Source: a virus
Lineage: Duplodnaviria; Heunggongvirae; Uroviricota; Caudoviricetes
Length of the DNA stretch: 15,733 bases
IMG/VR virus record: IMGVR_UViG_3300046674_000485
Location: 1-15,733 of that record
Strand: one strand, 5' to 3'
Below the pieces are notes generated by a model. The model did not search any database. It was not told the DNA's origin and saw only the letters and a list, made by a program, of their open reading frames with translations. The translations under genes were made by a program, and so were the position numbers. Every line of letters begins with the position of its first letter. Position 1 is the first letter of the stretch. This document shows positions 1-7,926 of the stretch, in pieces.

Positions 1-1409
1 GCGTTGTCCAGCATCAGCCGGATCGCTGCGTTCAGCATCTTCTGGTCGTCGCGCATCACGCTGGCCAGACCCTCGCCGAAGATCGACGTCTCGTCCTTGT
101 CGAACGAGTAGAGGTGGTAGGGCCACGTGGTGCCGTCGATGGGCTGCAGCGCGACCTTCAGCACCTCGCCGGTGTGCAGCAGCCACACGTTGGAGAAGAA
201 GGCCTCCTCGAGGCGGTCCTCGTCCACGGTCACGCCGGCCTCGCGCAGCTGGGCGCCGGTGAGCCAGCCCCAGCGCTCGAGCACCTCGTAGTCCTCGCCC
301 TGGTTGACGCTGTCGACCACGCGGTCGCCGATCTGCTTGAGCTCGTTGTCGAAGTTCGTGCCGGCGGAGCGCGCGCCGCTGGGGTTGGCCTTCAGGTGAG
401 CCAGGATCGCGGCGCCCTTGAAGCTCTTGCGCTTCGAGAGCTCGACCATGCGGTTGCGGTTGAGGAAGTGCCGCTCGAAAACGAAGCGGCAGTTCTCCAG
501 CTCGGTGGCCGCCATGTCGGGGTAGAAGCGCCACACGGGCACGTACTCCACGTAGGGCACCACGTAGTACTCGCTCTTCGGCAGCCACTTCAGCACGACG
601 CGCTCGGACCCATCGGCGCCCTTCACGGTCACCTTGCTCTTCACGAAGCGGGTGCGGACACGGCGCTCGACCAGCGGGCCCTTCAGGATGCCGGTGCCGT
701 AGAGGTGGCCGCTGTGCACGGCGCGGATCGAGACCTCCTTGTAGCGGCTCTCGGTGAGCTGGTCGTCGATGGTCTCCGACATCTTCTTGGCCGCGGTGTC
801 GACGAGCTCCTTGATGGCTGCCTCGACGACGTCCTTGGGCGGCTCACCGTTCTCGAGCGGCGGGCCGGCGGGGCCTGGGCCACCCTGGCCAGCGGGCGCG
901 CCGGCGGGAGGGAAGGCGCCCTGCGGCGGTGCTGCGTCGGGGCCTTGCGGCGGGCCAGCCTGGGCCTGCTGCTGGGCCTGGGCCTGCTGCTGCTGGGCCA
1001 TGGCTGCCTTGGCTGCCTGCATCAGCGTGGCGATGATCTCCTGGCGCACGTCGTCCGCGATCATGGGCTTCGGCGTGGCGCTGATGGTCCAGTTCTTCTC
1101 GCTGCCCGCAGGGAACAGGAGGTCGGCCACACGGCTGTCGATCGTCTTGATCTTCACGCGCGTCTTGCGCATGTAGGCCTGCGAGCGGTTGGCCATCTTG
1201 GCCAGCTCGTCGGCCTCGTACTTGCCGCGGTACTGGCGCAGATCCTGCAGCCAGCGCTGCTCGGTCTCGCTGCGCTGGATCACGGCCTGATTGAACTCGC
1301 CCAGCAGGACGGGGCCGAGCGCATCCGTGCGCAGCTGCTCGCCCGCGGGCTTGCTGTCGTTGGCGAACTCCTGGGTCGCCGCCGCTACGAACTCGCTCGA
1401 CTCGCTCAC
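1..1409 (-). CDS. Portal protein, 5' part (truncated by window edge)
   Basis: Not in the ORF track. My translation from GTG at 1409 (GTGA overlap with the upstream stop) is open to position 1: MSESSEFVAA...WLQDLRQYRGKY...RSQAYMRKTRVK...DLLFPAGSEKNWTISATP...HSGHLYGTGILKGP...WRFYPD...EVLERWG...SIFGEGLASVMRDDQKMLNAAIRLMLDN. These motifs resemble P22/933W-type podovirus portals, and the gene lies just downstream of terL. Confidence 0.9.
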   Translation of the reverse strand, partial: MSESSEFVAAATQEFANDSKPAGEQLRTDALGPVLLGEFNQAVIQRSETEQRWLQDLRQYRGKYEADELAKMANRSQAYMRKTRVKIKTIDSRVADLLFPAGSEKNWTISATPKPMIADDVRQEIIATLMQAAKAAMAQQQQAQAQQQAQAGPPQGPDAAPPQGAFPPAGAPAGQGGPGPAGPPLENGEPPKDVVEAAIKELVDTAAKKMSETIDDQLTESRYKEVSIRAVHSGHLYGTGILKGPLVERRVRTRFVKSKVTVKGADGSERVVLKWLPKSEYYVVPYVEYVPVWRFYPDMAATELENCRFVFERHFLNRNRMVELSKRKSFKGAAILAHLKANPSGARSAGTNFDNELKQIGDRVVDSVNQGEDYEVLERWGWLTGAQLREAGVTVDEDRLEEAFFSNVWLLHTGEVLKVALQPIDGTTWPYHLYSFDKDETSIFGEGLASVMRDDQKMLNAAIRLMLDN

Positions 1410-1612
1410 TGCTCGGCGTCCTTGTCGGCCTGGGTCTTCACGCGCGGCTTCGGCAGCTCGGCGTCGGGCGTGGCATCGAATGCCGATGCGAACTCACCGC
1501 TGTCTGCGGCGAGCGCGTCCTGGCGCTTCTTGCGCTCGGCCAGGGCCACTGCGTCTTCGAGCACGCCAGCGGGCTCGCCCTCGTTCCACTGGGCTGCGTA
1601 GTCTTCGTTCAT
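1406..1612 (-). CDS. Small acidic hypothetical protein (68 aa)
   Basis: ATG at 1612 with AAAGG upstream; MNEDYAAQWNEG...DKDAEQ; its stop overlaps the portal GTG. The longer 1870 start in the ORF track overlaps the neighbouring gene. Confidence 0.75.
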   Translation of the reverse strand: MNEDYAAQWNEGEPAGVLEDAVALAERKKRQDALAADSGEFASAFDATPDAELPKPRVKTQADKDAEQ

Positions 1613-1623
1613 GGGTGTGCCTT

Positions 1624-2148
1624 TCAGGCTCCGCCTGCGGGTTGGTATTGCGGCGCCGGAGCGGCTGCAGGAGCGCCCCAGCCGTACATGTTGGCGGCGT
1701 CGGTGCCGCCCCAGTCCTTGTATTCCTGCATGTCGCGCCACTCCTGGGTGCCTTCCTTGGGAGTGGCCATGCCGTACTTGAACGTGCCGTAGCCGCCGGT
1801 GATGCGGTCGGCGTAGGGGTTGGCCTGGGTCGAGCCAGAGGCGCGGTTCGCTGCCTCCCACTGGGCCCACTGGAAGCCGCCGAGCGTGTCGGTGAAGCCC
1901 TGCTGCGTGAACTTCGGCATCTCCTGGGCGGCCGGCGCGGCGACAGGCTCCAGCACGTTCTGGTTGATGTCGCCGTAGTTGCCGTACTGCTCGTTGGCCC
2001 AGGCATCGCGGTAGGCGTTCTCGCTGGCCGATGCGCCGGCGCTCGGGGCGACTGCCTTGATGGTGCCGCTGGCTGCGACGTTGGCCGCGTTCTGCAGGGC
2101 TTGCGTCGGGTCGGCGAAGTTGTTGCCGGTGTCGATGGCAGTGGTCAT
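1624..2148 (-). CDS. Hypothetical Ala/Gly/Gln/aromatic-rich protein (174 aa), possibly virion-associated
   Basis: ATG at 2148, 10 nt after the terL stop; high GC3; sits between terL and portal. Function is inferred from position only. Confidence 0.75.
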   Translation of the reverse strand: MTTAIDTGNNFADPTQALQNAANVAASGTIKAVAPSAGASASENAYRDAWANEQYGNYGDINQNVLEPVAAPAAQEMPKFTQQGFTDTLGGFQWAQWEAANRASGSTQANPYADRITGGYGTFKYGMATPKEGTQEWRDMQEYKDWGGTDAANMYGWGAPAAAPAPQYQPAGGA

Positions 2149-2158
2149 AGGCGCGCTC

Positions 2159-3673
2159 TCAGTAGCCGGCTGTCGTGGCAGCGCCGCGGGCGCCACCTGC
2201 TGCATCGCCTTCGCTGCGTTCAGCGACTGGCGAGTGGAATGTGAGCGCCAGGGCATCGCCGCCGTCGGGCGAGCGGATCTGGCGCTTCTTCATGCTCTTC
2301 TTCGACTCGAGCAGCTTGCGGCCCGAGGAGTGGATGTCCGGCATCGGTGCGGACAGATCGCTGATCAGCGCGGCGTCGTTGGGCAGCCGGCACGGCAGGT
2401 CCATGACCCACTCGCGCATGTTCCACCACATCTCGGCGCGGCGGTTCTCGTAGATGTCGCTCTTGATCGCCCGCTCGCCGCTGTTCACGCCGATCACCGG
2501 GATGCTCAGCTCGCGCAGGCGGTCGACGATGCCCGAGCCGATGCCGATCTTGTCGACGAACATCGCGTCGGGCTGGAACTCCTTGTGGTAGCCGGCCAGG
2601 AGGCCAGCCACCTGCATCGTGGTCTTCTTCTCGTGGTACTCCACGCGAAAGACCGTGCGGCCGCGCCGGAAGACGATGGACGTCCGGTCGAAGCCTTCCT
2701 CGGCCGGGTCACAGCCGATGATCAGTGGGCCGCGCATCTCGCGGAAGCCGCTGTTGACCGCTGCCGCCACCTGGGTGGGGTTGATCAGCGGGTTGGTCGT
2801 CGAGCTCTTGAACGCCAGGGCCGGCGTCGCCGGGTACTCCTGATCGAACAGCCACTCGAAGCCCTCTCCGTACTCGGAGATCTTGCCGGCGCGCCACGCC
2901 ATCTGCTCCATGTCCAGCCCGTAGGCCAGCATGTAGAGGCGGTCCTCTTCGCTCAGCGTGAAGTCGTCCTTCGGCTGCTTGCGGTACTCGTCTTGCCAGA
3001 ACCACGGCACGAAGATCGCGATGTAGTTCCCGTCGCCGGCCTCGGCCTTCTGCCACATCAGGTGGAAGGCGTTGCCCAGGCCGTTGGCGGTCGACTCGAG
3101 AATCATCTCGGTGCCCTCGGCCTCGGCGATCGTGTTGCCGATACCTGCCAAGTGCATCTGGGCGTTGGCCCAGAACCCGAACTCCGAGCCGTGCAGCAGC
3201 TGCGCGGTGTTGCCGCGGCCGACGTCCTGGCTGCCAGCGGTGGCCAGCTTGTAGCCGCTGTCCAGCTGGCCGAAGATCAGCTCCTTGGCATTCGACGCCT
3301 TGATCGACGGGGCCAGCGCGTTCCACTCGTGGTAGCGCTTGACCATCTCGAACAGGTTGGTCGTCGACTTGTCCTCGTGGGCCACGATGAAGGCGCCCAC
3401 GCTCTTGTTCATCGAGCTCTGGTGGTAGAAGCGCGCCCCGACGTAGGTCGAGATGCCCTGCTGCCGGCCCTTCAGGATCAGCGCGCGGACGTAGCCCTGC
3501 TCCTCGATCTGCTTCTGCAGCCGCATGTGCACGTAGCGCTGCGCACGGTTCCAGATGAACGGGACGTTGCGGCCGACCTTCGGCTTCACCTGCAGGCAGT
3601 TGGAGCAGAAGCCCTCGAGGTCGGTCAGCAGGAAGGCCATCGCCTGCTCGTCCGCTGTCAACTCCTGGCTCAC
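2159..3673 (-). CDS. terL: Terminase large subunit
   Basis: Walker A-like ILKGRQQGISTY, Walker B-like LLHGSE, coupling motif LESTANG, RNase H-fold nuclease motifs IIGCDPA...DRT and SPDGGDALALTF; 504 aa; GTG start overlaps the terS stop. Confidence 0.96.
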   Translation of the reverse strand: MSQELTADEQAMAFLLTDLEGFCSNCLQVKPKVGRNVPFIWNRAQRYVHMRLQKQIEEQGYVRALILKGRQQGISTYVGARFYHQSSMNKSVGAFIVAHEDKSTTNLFEMVKRYHEWNALAPSIKASNAKELIFGQLDSGYKLATAGSQDVGRGNTAQLLHGSEFGFWANAQMHLAGIGNTIAEAEGTEMILESTANGLGNAFHLMWQKAEAGDGNYIAIFVPWFWQDEYRKQPKDDFTLSEEDRLYMLAYGLDMEQMAWRAGKISEYGEGFEWLFDQEYPATPALAFKSSTTNPLINPTQVAAAVNSGFREMRGPLIIGCDPAEEGFDRTSIVFRRGRTVFRVEYHEKKTTMQVAGLLAGYHKEFQPDAMFVDKIGIGSGIVDRLRELSIPVIGVNSGERAIKSDIYENRRAEMWWNMREWVMDLPCRLPNDAALISDLSAPMPDIHSSGRKLLESKKSMKKRQIRSPDGGDALALTFHSPVAERSEGDAAGGARGAATTAGY

Positions 3674-4410
3674 GACAGGCCCAGCTTCGCCTTCACCTTG
3701 TCGAGCATGGTCTCGACGCTGTCCTTCTCGCTCTTCGTCTGGTCGATGCCGAACGCCTCGCGCTCCAGGCGGACAACCTTCTCGAGGATCTCGGTCAGCT
3801 TCTTGGCGCCGTCAATGCGGCCCGTCGTCGAGACCACCGCACGGTAGATCTCGTTCAGCTTGTCCTTGCGCCAGTTGCCGCGCTCATCCGGACCCGACTC
3901 ATCGAGGAGCTCACCCAGCTGGGCGAACAGGTCGAGGTTGTCGGTCGTCAGCTCGAGCTCACCCAGGAGCTGCGAGAACAGCTTGCGAGTGCGGCCGATG
4001 TCCTGGCGGTGACCCATGCGGATGCGGAACTGAATGTCCGCCTCGGCCTCGATCACGGCGTTTTCGGTAACCACTTGCGCCGGGCTCTTCGCTTGGATAC
4101 CAGCGCTGGATACCGCAGCCTTGGATACCTTGGCATCTGCAGCTGCGCGGATCTTCTCGCTCAGGTCGCGGGTCCATCCATCACGCTTGGCCCGCTTGTT
4201 GATTGCCCCGTGAGTGATGCCGTGCTCATCAGCGATCAGCCGCATCGACTTCACGCCGGCGCGGTAGTCCGCCTCGATCTTGGTCCAGTTGACCTCCGCC
4301 TTCACCGCGGTATCCAGCGCAGCTGTGGCGGCCTGGGTCGCAGCCTTCTTGGCGTCGGCAGCCACCTGTTGCGCCAGGGTGCCGATGGTCTTGATCGAGG
4401 CCTTGGTCAC
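3670..4410 (-). CDS. terS: Terminase small subunit
   Basis: HTH-like segment VNWTKIEADYRAGVKSMRLIADEHGITHGAINKRAKRDGWTRDL typical of phage TerS; directly upstream of terL. The GTG start at 4410 is chosen from its overlap with the upstream stop and AGGA upstream. Confidence 0.85.
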   Translation of the reverse strand: MTKASIKTIGTLAQQVAADAKKAATQAATAALDTAVKAEVNWTKIEADYRAGVKSMRLIADEHGITHGAINKRAKRDGWTRDLSEKIRAAADAKVSKAAVSSAGIQAKSPAQVVTENAVIEAEADIQFRIRMGHRQDIGRTRKLFSQLLGELELTTDNLDLFAQLGELLDESGPDERGNWRKDKLNEIYRAVVSTTGRIDGAKKLTEILEKVVRLEREAFGIDQTKSEKDSVETMLDKVKAKLGLS

Positions 4411-5456
4411 TCGACGTCCTGCTTCGCTGCGCACGGGCCTTCGTGGCCAGCAGCGCGGGTGCAGATCCAGCCCAGCGGCGGGAGGTCGCAGCGGCTGGCC
4501 TTGGGCGTGTAGCTGGCATCCATGGGGCGGCCATTGACGTAAAGCTGCGTCGGCACATCGTGCGCGTCGTCAGCGATCACCCGGCGATCCAGGCCGAGCA
4601 CGACGTCGGACGTGGTCACCAGGGCATTGAAGCGGGCGCGATCCATGGCGTCGCCGTATGCCTGGAGGTCTGGGCTGGTGTCCAGCAGATCCGCGTCGAC
4701 CATGTGCTCGGCAGCAGGGATGCGCTCACCCCCTGTGGGCCCTGGACGCAGGCCGTCCATCAGGGGCGCCATCAGCATGGGCTCGAGGTTGCGCACGCGG
4801 ATGCCAGAGATCTCGCCACCTGGGCGGCGGATGAGCGTCATCATCTCCTCGGCCACATCACGGGTCTCGAGCTCCTTGGCGTAGTCGGCCATGGTCATGG
4901 TGACGTCGAGGTGCGTCGGCGGGCAATGCGCCACCCGCACCACGCCACCATGGCGGAAGCCGATGTCGAGATCCTCGTCGTTGGTGATCAGGCCCGGCGT
5001 GAACACGTAGCGTGGCGCGGCAGCGTCCAGCAGGGAGTCGAGCACGCCGTTGATCCGGGCCATGATGTCGGTCGCCATCTGGACGAGCTCGAGGGCCTGC
5101 TCCCTGGTGACCTTCTCGCCCTGGGTGCTCACCTGGGCAAGGCGATCCTCTGCACGCACTCGAGCGAGGCGCATCTCTTCGCGCACTGGGCCCAGGCGAT
5201 CCTGCAGGCTGCGTGCCGGGCACTGGGCGCGGTGGACCTCGATCAGGCCGAGCGGGTTGCGATCCGAGGGCGGCACGTCAGTGATCTCTGCCTGGGCGTA
5301 GGCCACGATGGAGTCCTGGGCGCCGCGCATCACGTCTTGGATGCCGCACAGCTCTGCCTGGAGCTGGGTGAAGGTTCGCGGCGCCGGGTTGTTGCACTGG
5401 GTGCACGGGCAGGCGTTGGTCGCCAGCTGGGTGCGGTCGCAGACGCCGACGATCAC
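4407..5456 (-). CDS. Hypothetical protein (349 aa) with Cys-rich termini
   Basis: Coupled at both ends by GTGA overlaps; N-terminal C...CPCTQC and C-terminal CDLPPLGWICTRAAGHEGPCAA. Confidence 0.75.
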   Translation of the reverse strand: MIVGVCDRTQLATNACPCTQCNNPAPRTFTQLQAELCGIQDVMRGAQDSIVAYAQAEITDVPPSDRNPLGLIEVHRAQCPARSLQDRLGPVREEMRLARVRAEDRLAQVSTQGEKVTREQALELVQMATDIMARINGVLDSLLDAAAPRYVFTPGLITNDEDLDIGFRHGGVVRVAHCPPTHLDVTMTMADYAKELETRDVAEEMMTLIRRPGGEISGIRVRNLEPMLMAPLMDGLRPGPTGGERIPAAEHMVDADLLDTSPDLQAYGDAMDRARFNALVTTSDVVLGLDRRVIADDAHDVPTQLYVNGRPMDASYTPKASRCDLPPLGWICTRAAGHEGPCAAKQDVE

Positions 5457-5737
5457 GCGAACCTCCAGGCGAGAGCTGCGAGCACGAGGCCGACGCCAAC
5501 CCAGAAGCCCGCCCAGGCGATGCCGTCACCCAGTGCGCTCAGGCCTGCGGCGGGGTCGGGCTGGTCGCCCGGGTTCACGATCTGGTCGAACAGGGCCTCG
5601 TCGATGGACTCCTGATTGGCCACGAGGAACTCCTGGCTCATCCCGTTGATCAGCACAGGCACAGCGGCGCACGGGCCATCATGGCCAGCGGCGCGCGTGC
5701 AGCTCCAGCCGAGCGGTGGCAGGTGGCACGCGGTCAT
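5453..5737 (-). CDS. Small membrane protein (94 aa) with N-terminal Cys/His motif
   Basis: N-terminal CHLPPLGWSCTRAAGHDGPCAA; C-terminal hydrophobic helix IAWAGFWVGVGLVLAALAW; ATGA and GTGA overlaps. Confidence 0.8.
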   Translation of the reverse strand: MTACHLPPLGWSCTRAAGHDGPCAAVPVLINGMSQEFLVANQESIDEALFDQIVNPGDQPDPAAGLSALGDGIAWAGFWVGVGLVLAALAWRFA

Positions 5738-6048
5738 GCGCCATCCTTCGGCACCAGGGCGCGCAGCTCCTCGAGCTCACGCAGGACGCCCTCGAGATGC
5801 TGGCGGCGCACCTCGATCGTGGGCAGCTCCATGCTCTTGGCGTAGTCGATCGCCATGCCCAGGCCCTTGCTGCCGCCGGACTTGACCACAGCGCGCAGCA
5901 GGGTGGCCCGCTCTTCGTGCGTGATGGCCTCGCCGCGGAGGTTGCGACGGCGCAGCGCCTCGATCGAGGACAGCCGCTCCTGCTCGAGCTCGAACTGGGA
6001 CAGGCCGAACGGGTTGTCGGCGGTGATGAGGGGGTGGGAGGCGGCCAT
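5734..6048 (-). CDS. Hypothetical protein (104 aa)
   Basis: TGATG overlap at the start and ATGA at the end; coding-like codon bias. Confidence 0.75.
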   Translation of the reverse strand: MAASHPLITADNPFGLSQFELEQERLSSIEALRRRNLRGEAITHEERATLLRAVVKSGGSKGLGMAIDYAKSMELPTIEVRRQHLEGVLRELEELRALVPKDGA

Positions 6049-6398
6049 CAGCGAGATCCGATCTGGACCGTCTGCGCCTGGGGCGGACGGATGACGGTGT
6101 TGATCTGGGCGCCAATGAATGCGGCCAGGACGAGGCCGACGGCCTTCATCACGAAACCGTTGGCGATCTTGCTGGCGGGCGCAGCGTCCTCGAGCACCTT
6201 CAGGCGCAGCTCGATCTTCTCGATGGCCTTGAACGCACGCTCGGTGGCCGCGGCCGCGTCGGCCTGCTTGTGCTCGACGACGGCCAGCTTGGACACCGCG
6301 GTGGACAGCTCCTTCAGCACGATGCGCGTCTCGGCGGCGCCCTCGATCAGGACGTCGACCTTGGTGCCGAGCACCTCGATGGCTGCGTAGTCCGACAT
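6048..6398 (-). CDS. Coiled-coil protein with C-terminal transmembrane helix (116 aa), possible lysis-associated membrane protein
   Basis: Heptad-like N-terminal two-thirds, then FVMKAVGLVLAAFIGA; immediately follows the spanins. Confidence 0.7.
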   Translation of the reverse strand: MSDYAAIEVLGTKVDVLIEGAAETRIVLKELSTAVSKLAVVEHKQADAAAATERAFKAIEKIELRLKVLEDAAPASKIANGFVMKAVGLVLAAFIGAQINTVIRPPQAQTVQIGSR

Positions 6399-6943
6399 CA
6401 GTTCGCGCCCTGGCTCAGTTGCTGGGACGCGCGGGCAGCGTCGTAAAGCGCACGCGTTGCGAGGAGCTCAGCTCGTAGCTCGCGGGTGACGGCAGCTTCC
6501 CCGACAAGAAACTCTCCATCCTCGCGATAGAGTCCGGCCCCTGTGCAGCTGCGCTCAACGGCGGCAGCTCCGGCAGGGCTGGGCAGCTCACCGCTTGCGA
6601 CGGTGGCGACGGGTCGCGAGGGGCGGACGCGCAGCCGCTCAAGAGCAGCATCGCGATCAGCACGAAGGGAGAGAATTTCATTCGCTGTCTCCTGGCGGAT
6701 GTTGCTCGCCAGGGCCTGTAGTCGGCGCTCCTCCGCCCGGTTGGCGGTCTGGAGCTGGGATGTCTTCGTGGCCTGCTCGCCGATGTACGTGGCGAAGGCC
6801 TTGCCCGTGCGGGCCTCGGCTGCCTTGCTGTCGGCGAGCTCGAGCTGCAGATCGACGACGTAGAGCCCGGTGGCCACAGCCGCCAGGATCAGCACGCCCA
6901 GCAGCGCAGTGCGGGCGTAGGCCTTGATGGTCTCGCCGATCAC
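6398..6943 (-). CDS. Rz: Inner-membrane spanin (Rz-like i-spanin), 181 aa
   Basis: GTG at 6943 overlaps the upstream stop; N-terminal TM helix (TALLGVLILAAVATGLYVV), helical periplasmic domain, C-terminal CTGAGLYREDGEFLVGEAA; contains an embedded lipoprotein gene; downstream of the endolysin. Confidence 0.85.
   Translation of the reverse strand: MIGETIKAYARTALLGVLILAAVATGLYVVDLQLELADSKAAEARTGKAFATYIGEQATKTSQLQTANRAEERRLQALASNIRQETANEILSLRADRDAALERLRVRPSRPVATVASGELPSPAGAAAVERSCTGAGLYREDGEFLVGEAAVTRELRAELLATRALYDAARASQQLSQGAN
6415..6681 (-). CDS. Rz1: Outer-membrane lipoprotein spanin (Rz1-like o-spanin), embedded in Rz in another frame
   Basis: AGGAG SD 8 nt upstream; signal peptide with lipobox LSGC; Pro-rich mature part (DPSPPSQAVSCPALPELPP); fully nested in the i-spanin, as in lambda Rz/Rz1. 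Confidence 0.88.
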   Translation of the reverse strand: MKFSPFVLIAMLLLSGCASAPRDPSPPSQAVSCPALPELPPLSAAAQGPDSIARMESFLSGKLPSPASYELSSSQRVRFTTLPARPSN

Positions 6944-7038
6944 TGGTCTTTGCCCTGGACAGGCGTCGGGGCGGTCTTGCTCTGGCCGCCGAGCAGGATC
7001 TGCAGCCACAGCTGCGGGAAGATCTGCCACATGCCCAT
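6940..7038 (-). CDS. Tiny ORF, 32 aa (MGMWQIFPQLWLQILLGGQSKTAPTPVQGKDQ)
   Basis: Below the ORF-track cut-off. Its ATG overlaps the previous stop (TGATG) and its stop overlaps the Rz GTG, filling the gap exactly; high GC3. Confidence 0.6.
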   Translation of the reverse strand: MGMWQIFPQLWLQILLGGQSKTAPTPVQGKDQ

Positions 7039-7163
7039 CAGGCGCCCAGTGCGGAGCCGACAAGGCTCACGGTCACGGTGATGGCGGCCGAGGCGATCGC
7101 GCCGGCGGTGGCGCCCAGGCCGATCGCGGCGATGGACACCAGGGTGGCGAAGATCTTGGTCAT
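7038..7163 (-). CDS. Tiny hydrophobic ORF, 41 aa (MTKIFATLVSIAAIGLGATAGAIASAAITVTVSLVGSALGA)
   Basis: ATG overlaps the endolysin stop (ATGA); almost all codons end in G/C; nearly entirely small and hydrophobic residues. Confidence 0.65.
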   Translation of the reverse strand: MTKIFATLVSIAAIGLGATAGAIASAAITVTVSLVGSALGA

Positions 7164-7735
7164 GGCTTCAGGCACAGGACCGTCTCGGCCTGTCGACGGT
7201 TGAACAGACCCGGCACGAACTTGCCGCTGGCGATGGACCAGTTGGGCTTGCCCTCGGGCGTGAGGCTGATGGCGCGGCAGCCCTCTTCCAGGCGGCCGGC
7301 GTCGATGAGGCCAGCTGCGCGCGAGCCGCACGCGCCGGTGATGCCGACGTTGTGAGCCATGCTCGACATCGCGTCGAACGTGTTCTGCGTCATCGGCGCG
7401 CTGATGCAGTCGAGGATCCCGTACTGGGTCTTCGTGACCACCTCGCGCATCACGCGGTTGCAGCGCTCGACCGACCAGACGTCGCCCACGATCACGGGCT
7501 CGCTGGTCGTGAACTCGGTGATGCCGCCGCACGCGGTGGGCAGGCCCTTGGCCAGCTTGTCGGCGTAGACGGTGCGCGCCTGGACGGTGTCGGTCTTACC
7601 CGGGCCGTTCTCCCAGTTGCCCAGGAAGGCGAGCAGCGCGGCGCTGGCCAGGACCAGCACGCCGCCATTGCGGGCGAGGCGGCGGTCGGCGGCCGGGTTG
7701 TAGCCGCGGCCGCGGGGCATCGTGGCGGTAGGCAT
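7160..7735 (-). CDS. Endolysin, GH24 lysozyme with putative SAR anchor (191 aa)
   Basis: Gly/Ala-rich hydrophobic stretch GGVLVLASAALLAFLG before the catalytic region WE...VYADKLAKGLPTACGGIT; later FDAMSSMAHNVG and GLFNRRQAE motifs of phage lysozymes; ATG at 7735 overlaps the upstream stop (alternative ATG at 7720). Confidence 0.9.
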   Translation of the reverse strand: MPTATMPRGRGYNPAADRRLARNGGVLVLASAALLAFLGNWENGPGKTDTVQARTVYADKLAKGLPTACGGITEFTTSEPVIVGDVWSVERCNRVMREVVTKTQYGILDCISAPMTQNTFDAMSSMAHNVGITGACGSRAAGLIDAGRLEEGCRAISLTPEGKPNWSIASGKFVPGLFNRRQAETVLCLKP

Positions 7736-7926
7736 CAGTCGAGCTCGCAGCCGATGCCGAAGCCCAGGTCGCTCAGGTCGAGCTCTTGGAACACCGGGCG
7801 CGGGCCGGCGGCGGAGCGCAGATCGAACACCTGCTTGCCCTGGCTGGCGGCGAACTCGGCGACGTCGTCCATTCCGGACACCTGATCGCTGGTCAGCTCG
7901 AGGTTGGGCACGTCGCGGCGACTCAC
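7735..7926 (-). CDS. Small acidic hypothetical protein (63 aa) between holin and endolysin
   Basis: GTG at 7926 overlaps the holin stop and its stop overlaps the endolysin ATG; MSRRDVPNLELTSD...DLGFGIGCELD. Confidence 0.65.
   Translation of the reverse strand: MSRRDVPNLELTSDQVSGMDDVAEFAASQGKQVFDLRSAAGPRPVFQELDLSDLGFGIGCELD

Noticed and set aside
114-3847. Long plus-strand ORFs (114-1601, 1291-2244, 2057-3847) in the ORF track
   Set aside because: They are antisense shadows of portal and terL, which carry recognisable motifs. High GC3 on the coding strand suppresses stop codons on the opposite strand.
4443-7885. Plus-strand ORFs opposite the late genes (e.g. 4443-5615, 5716-6390, 7352-7885)
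   Set aside because: No SD or motifs, and they oppose a tightly coupled minus-strand gene chain.
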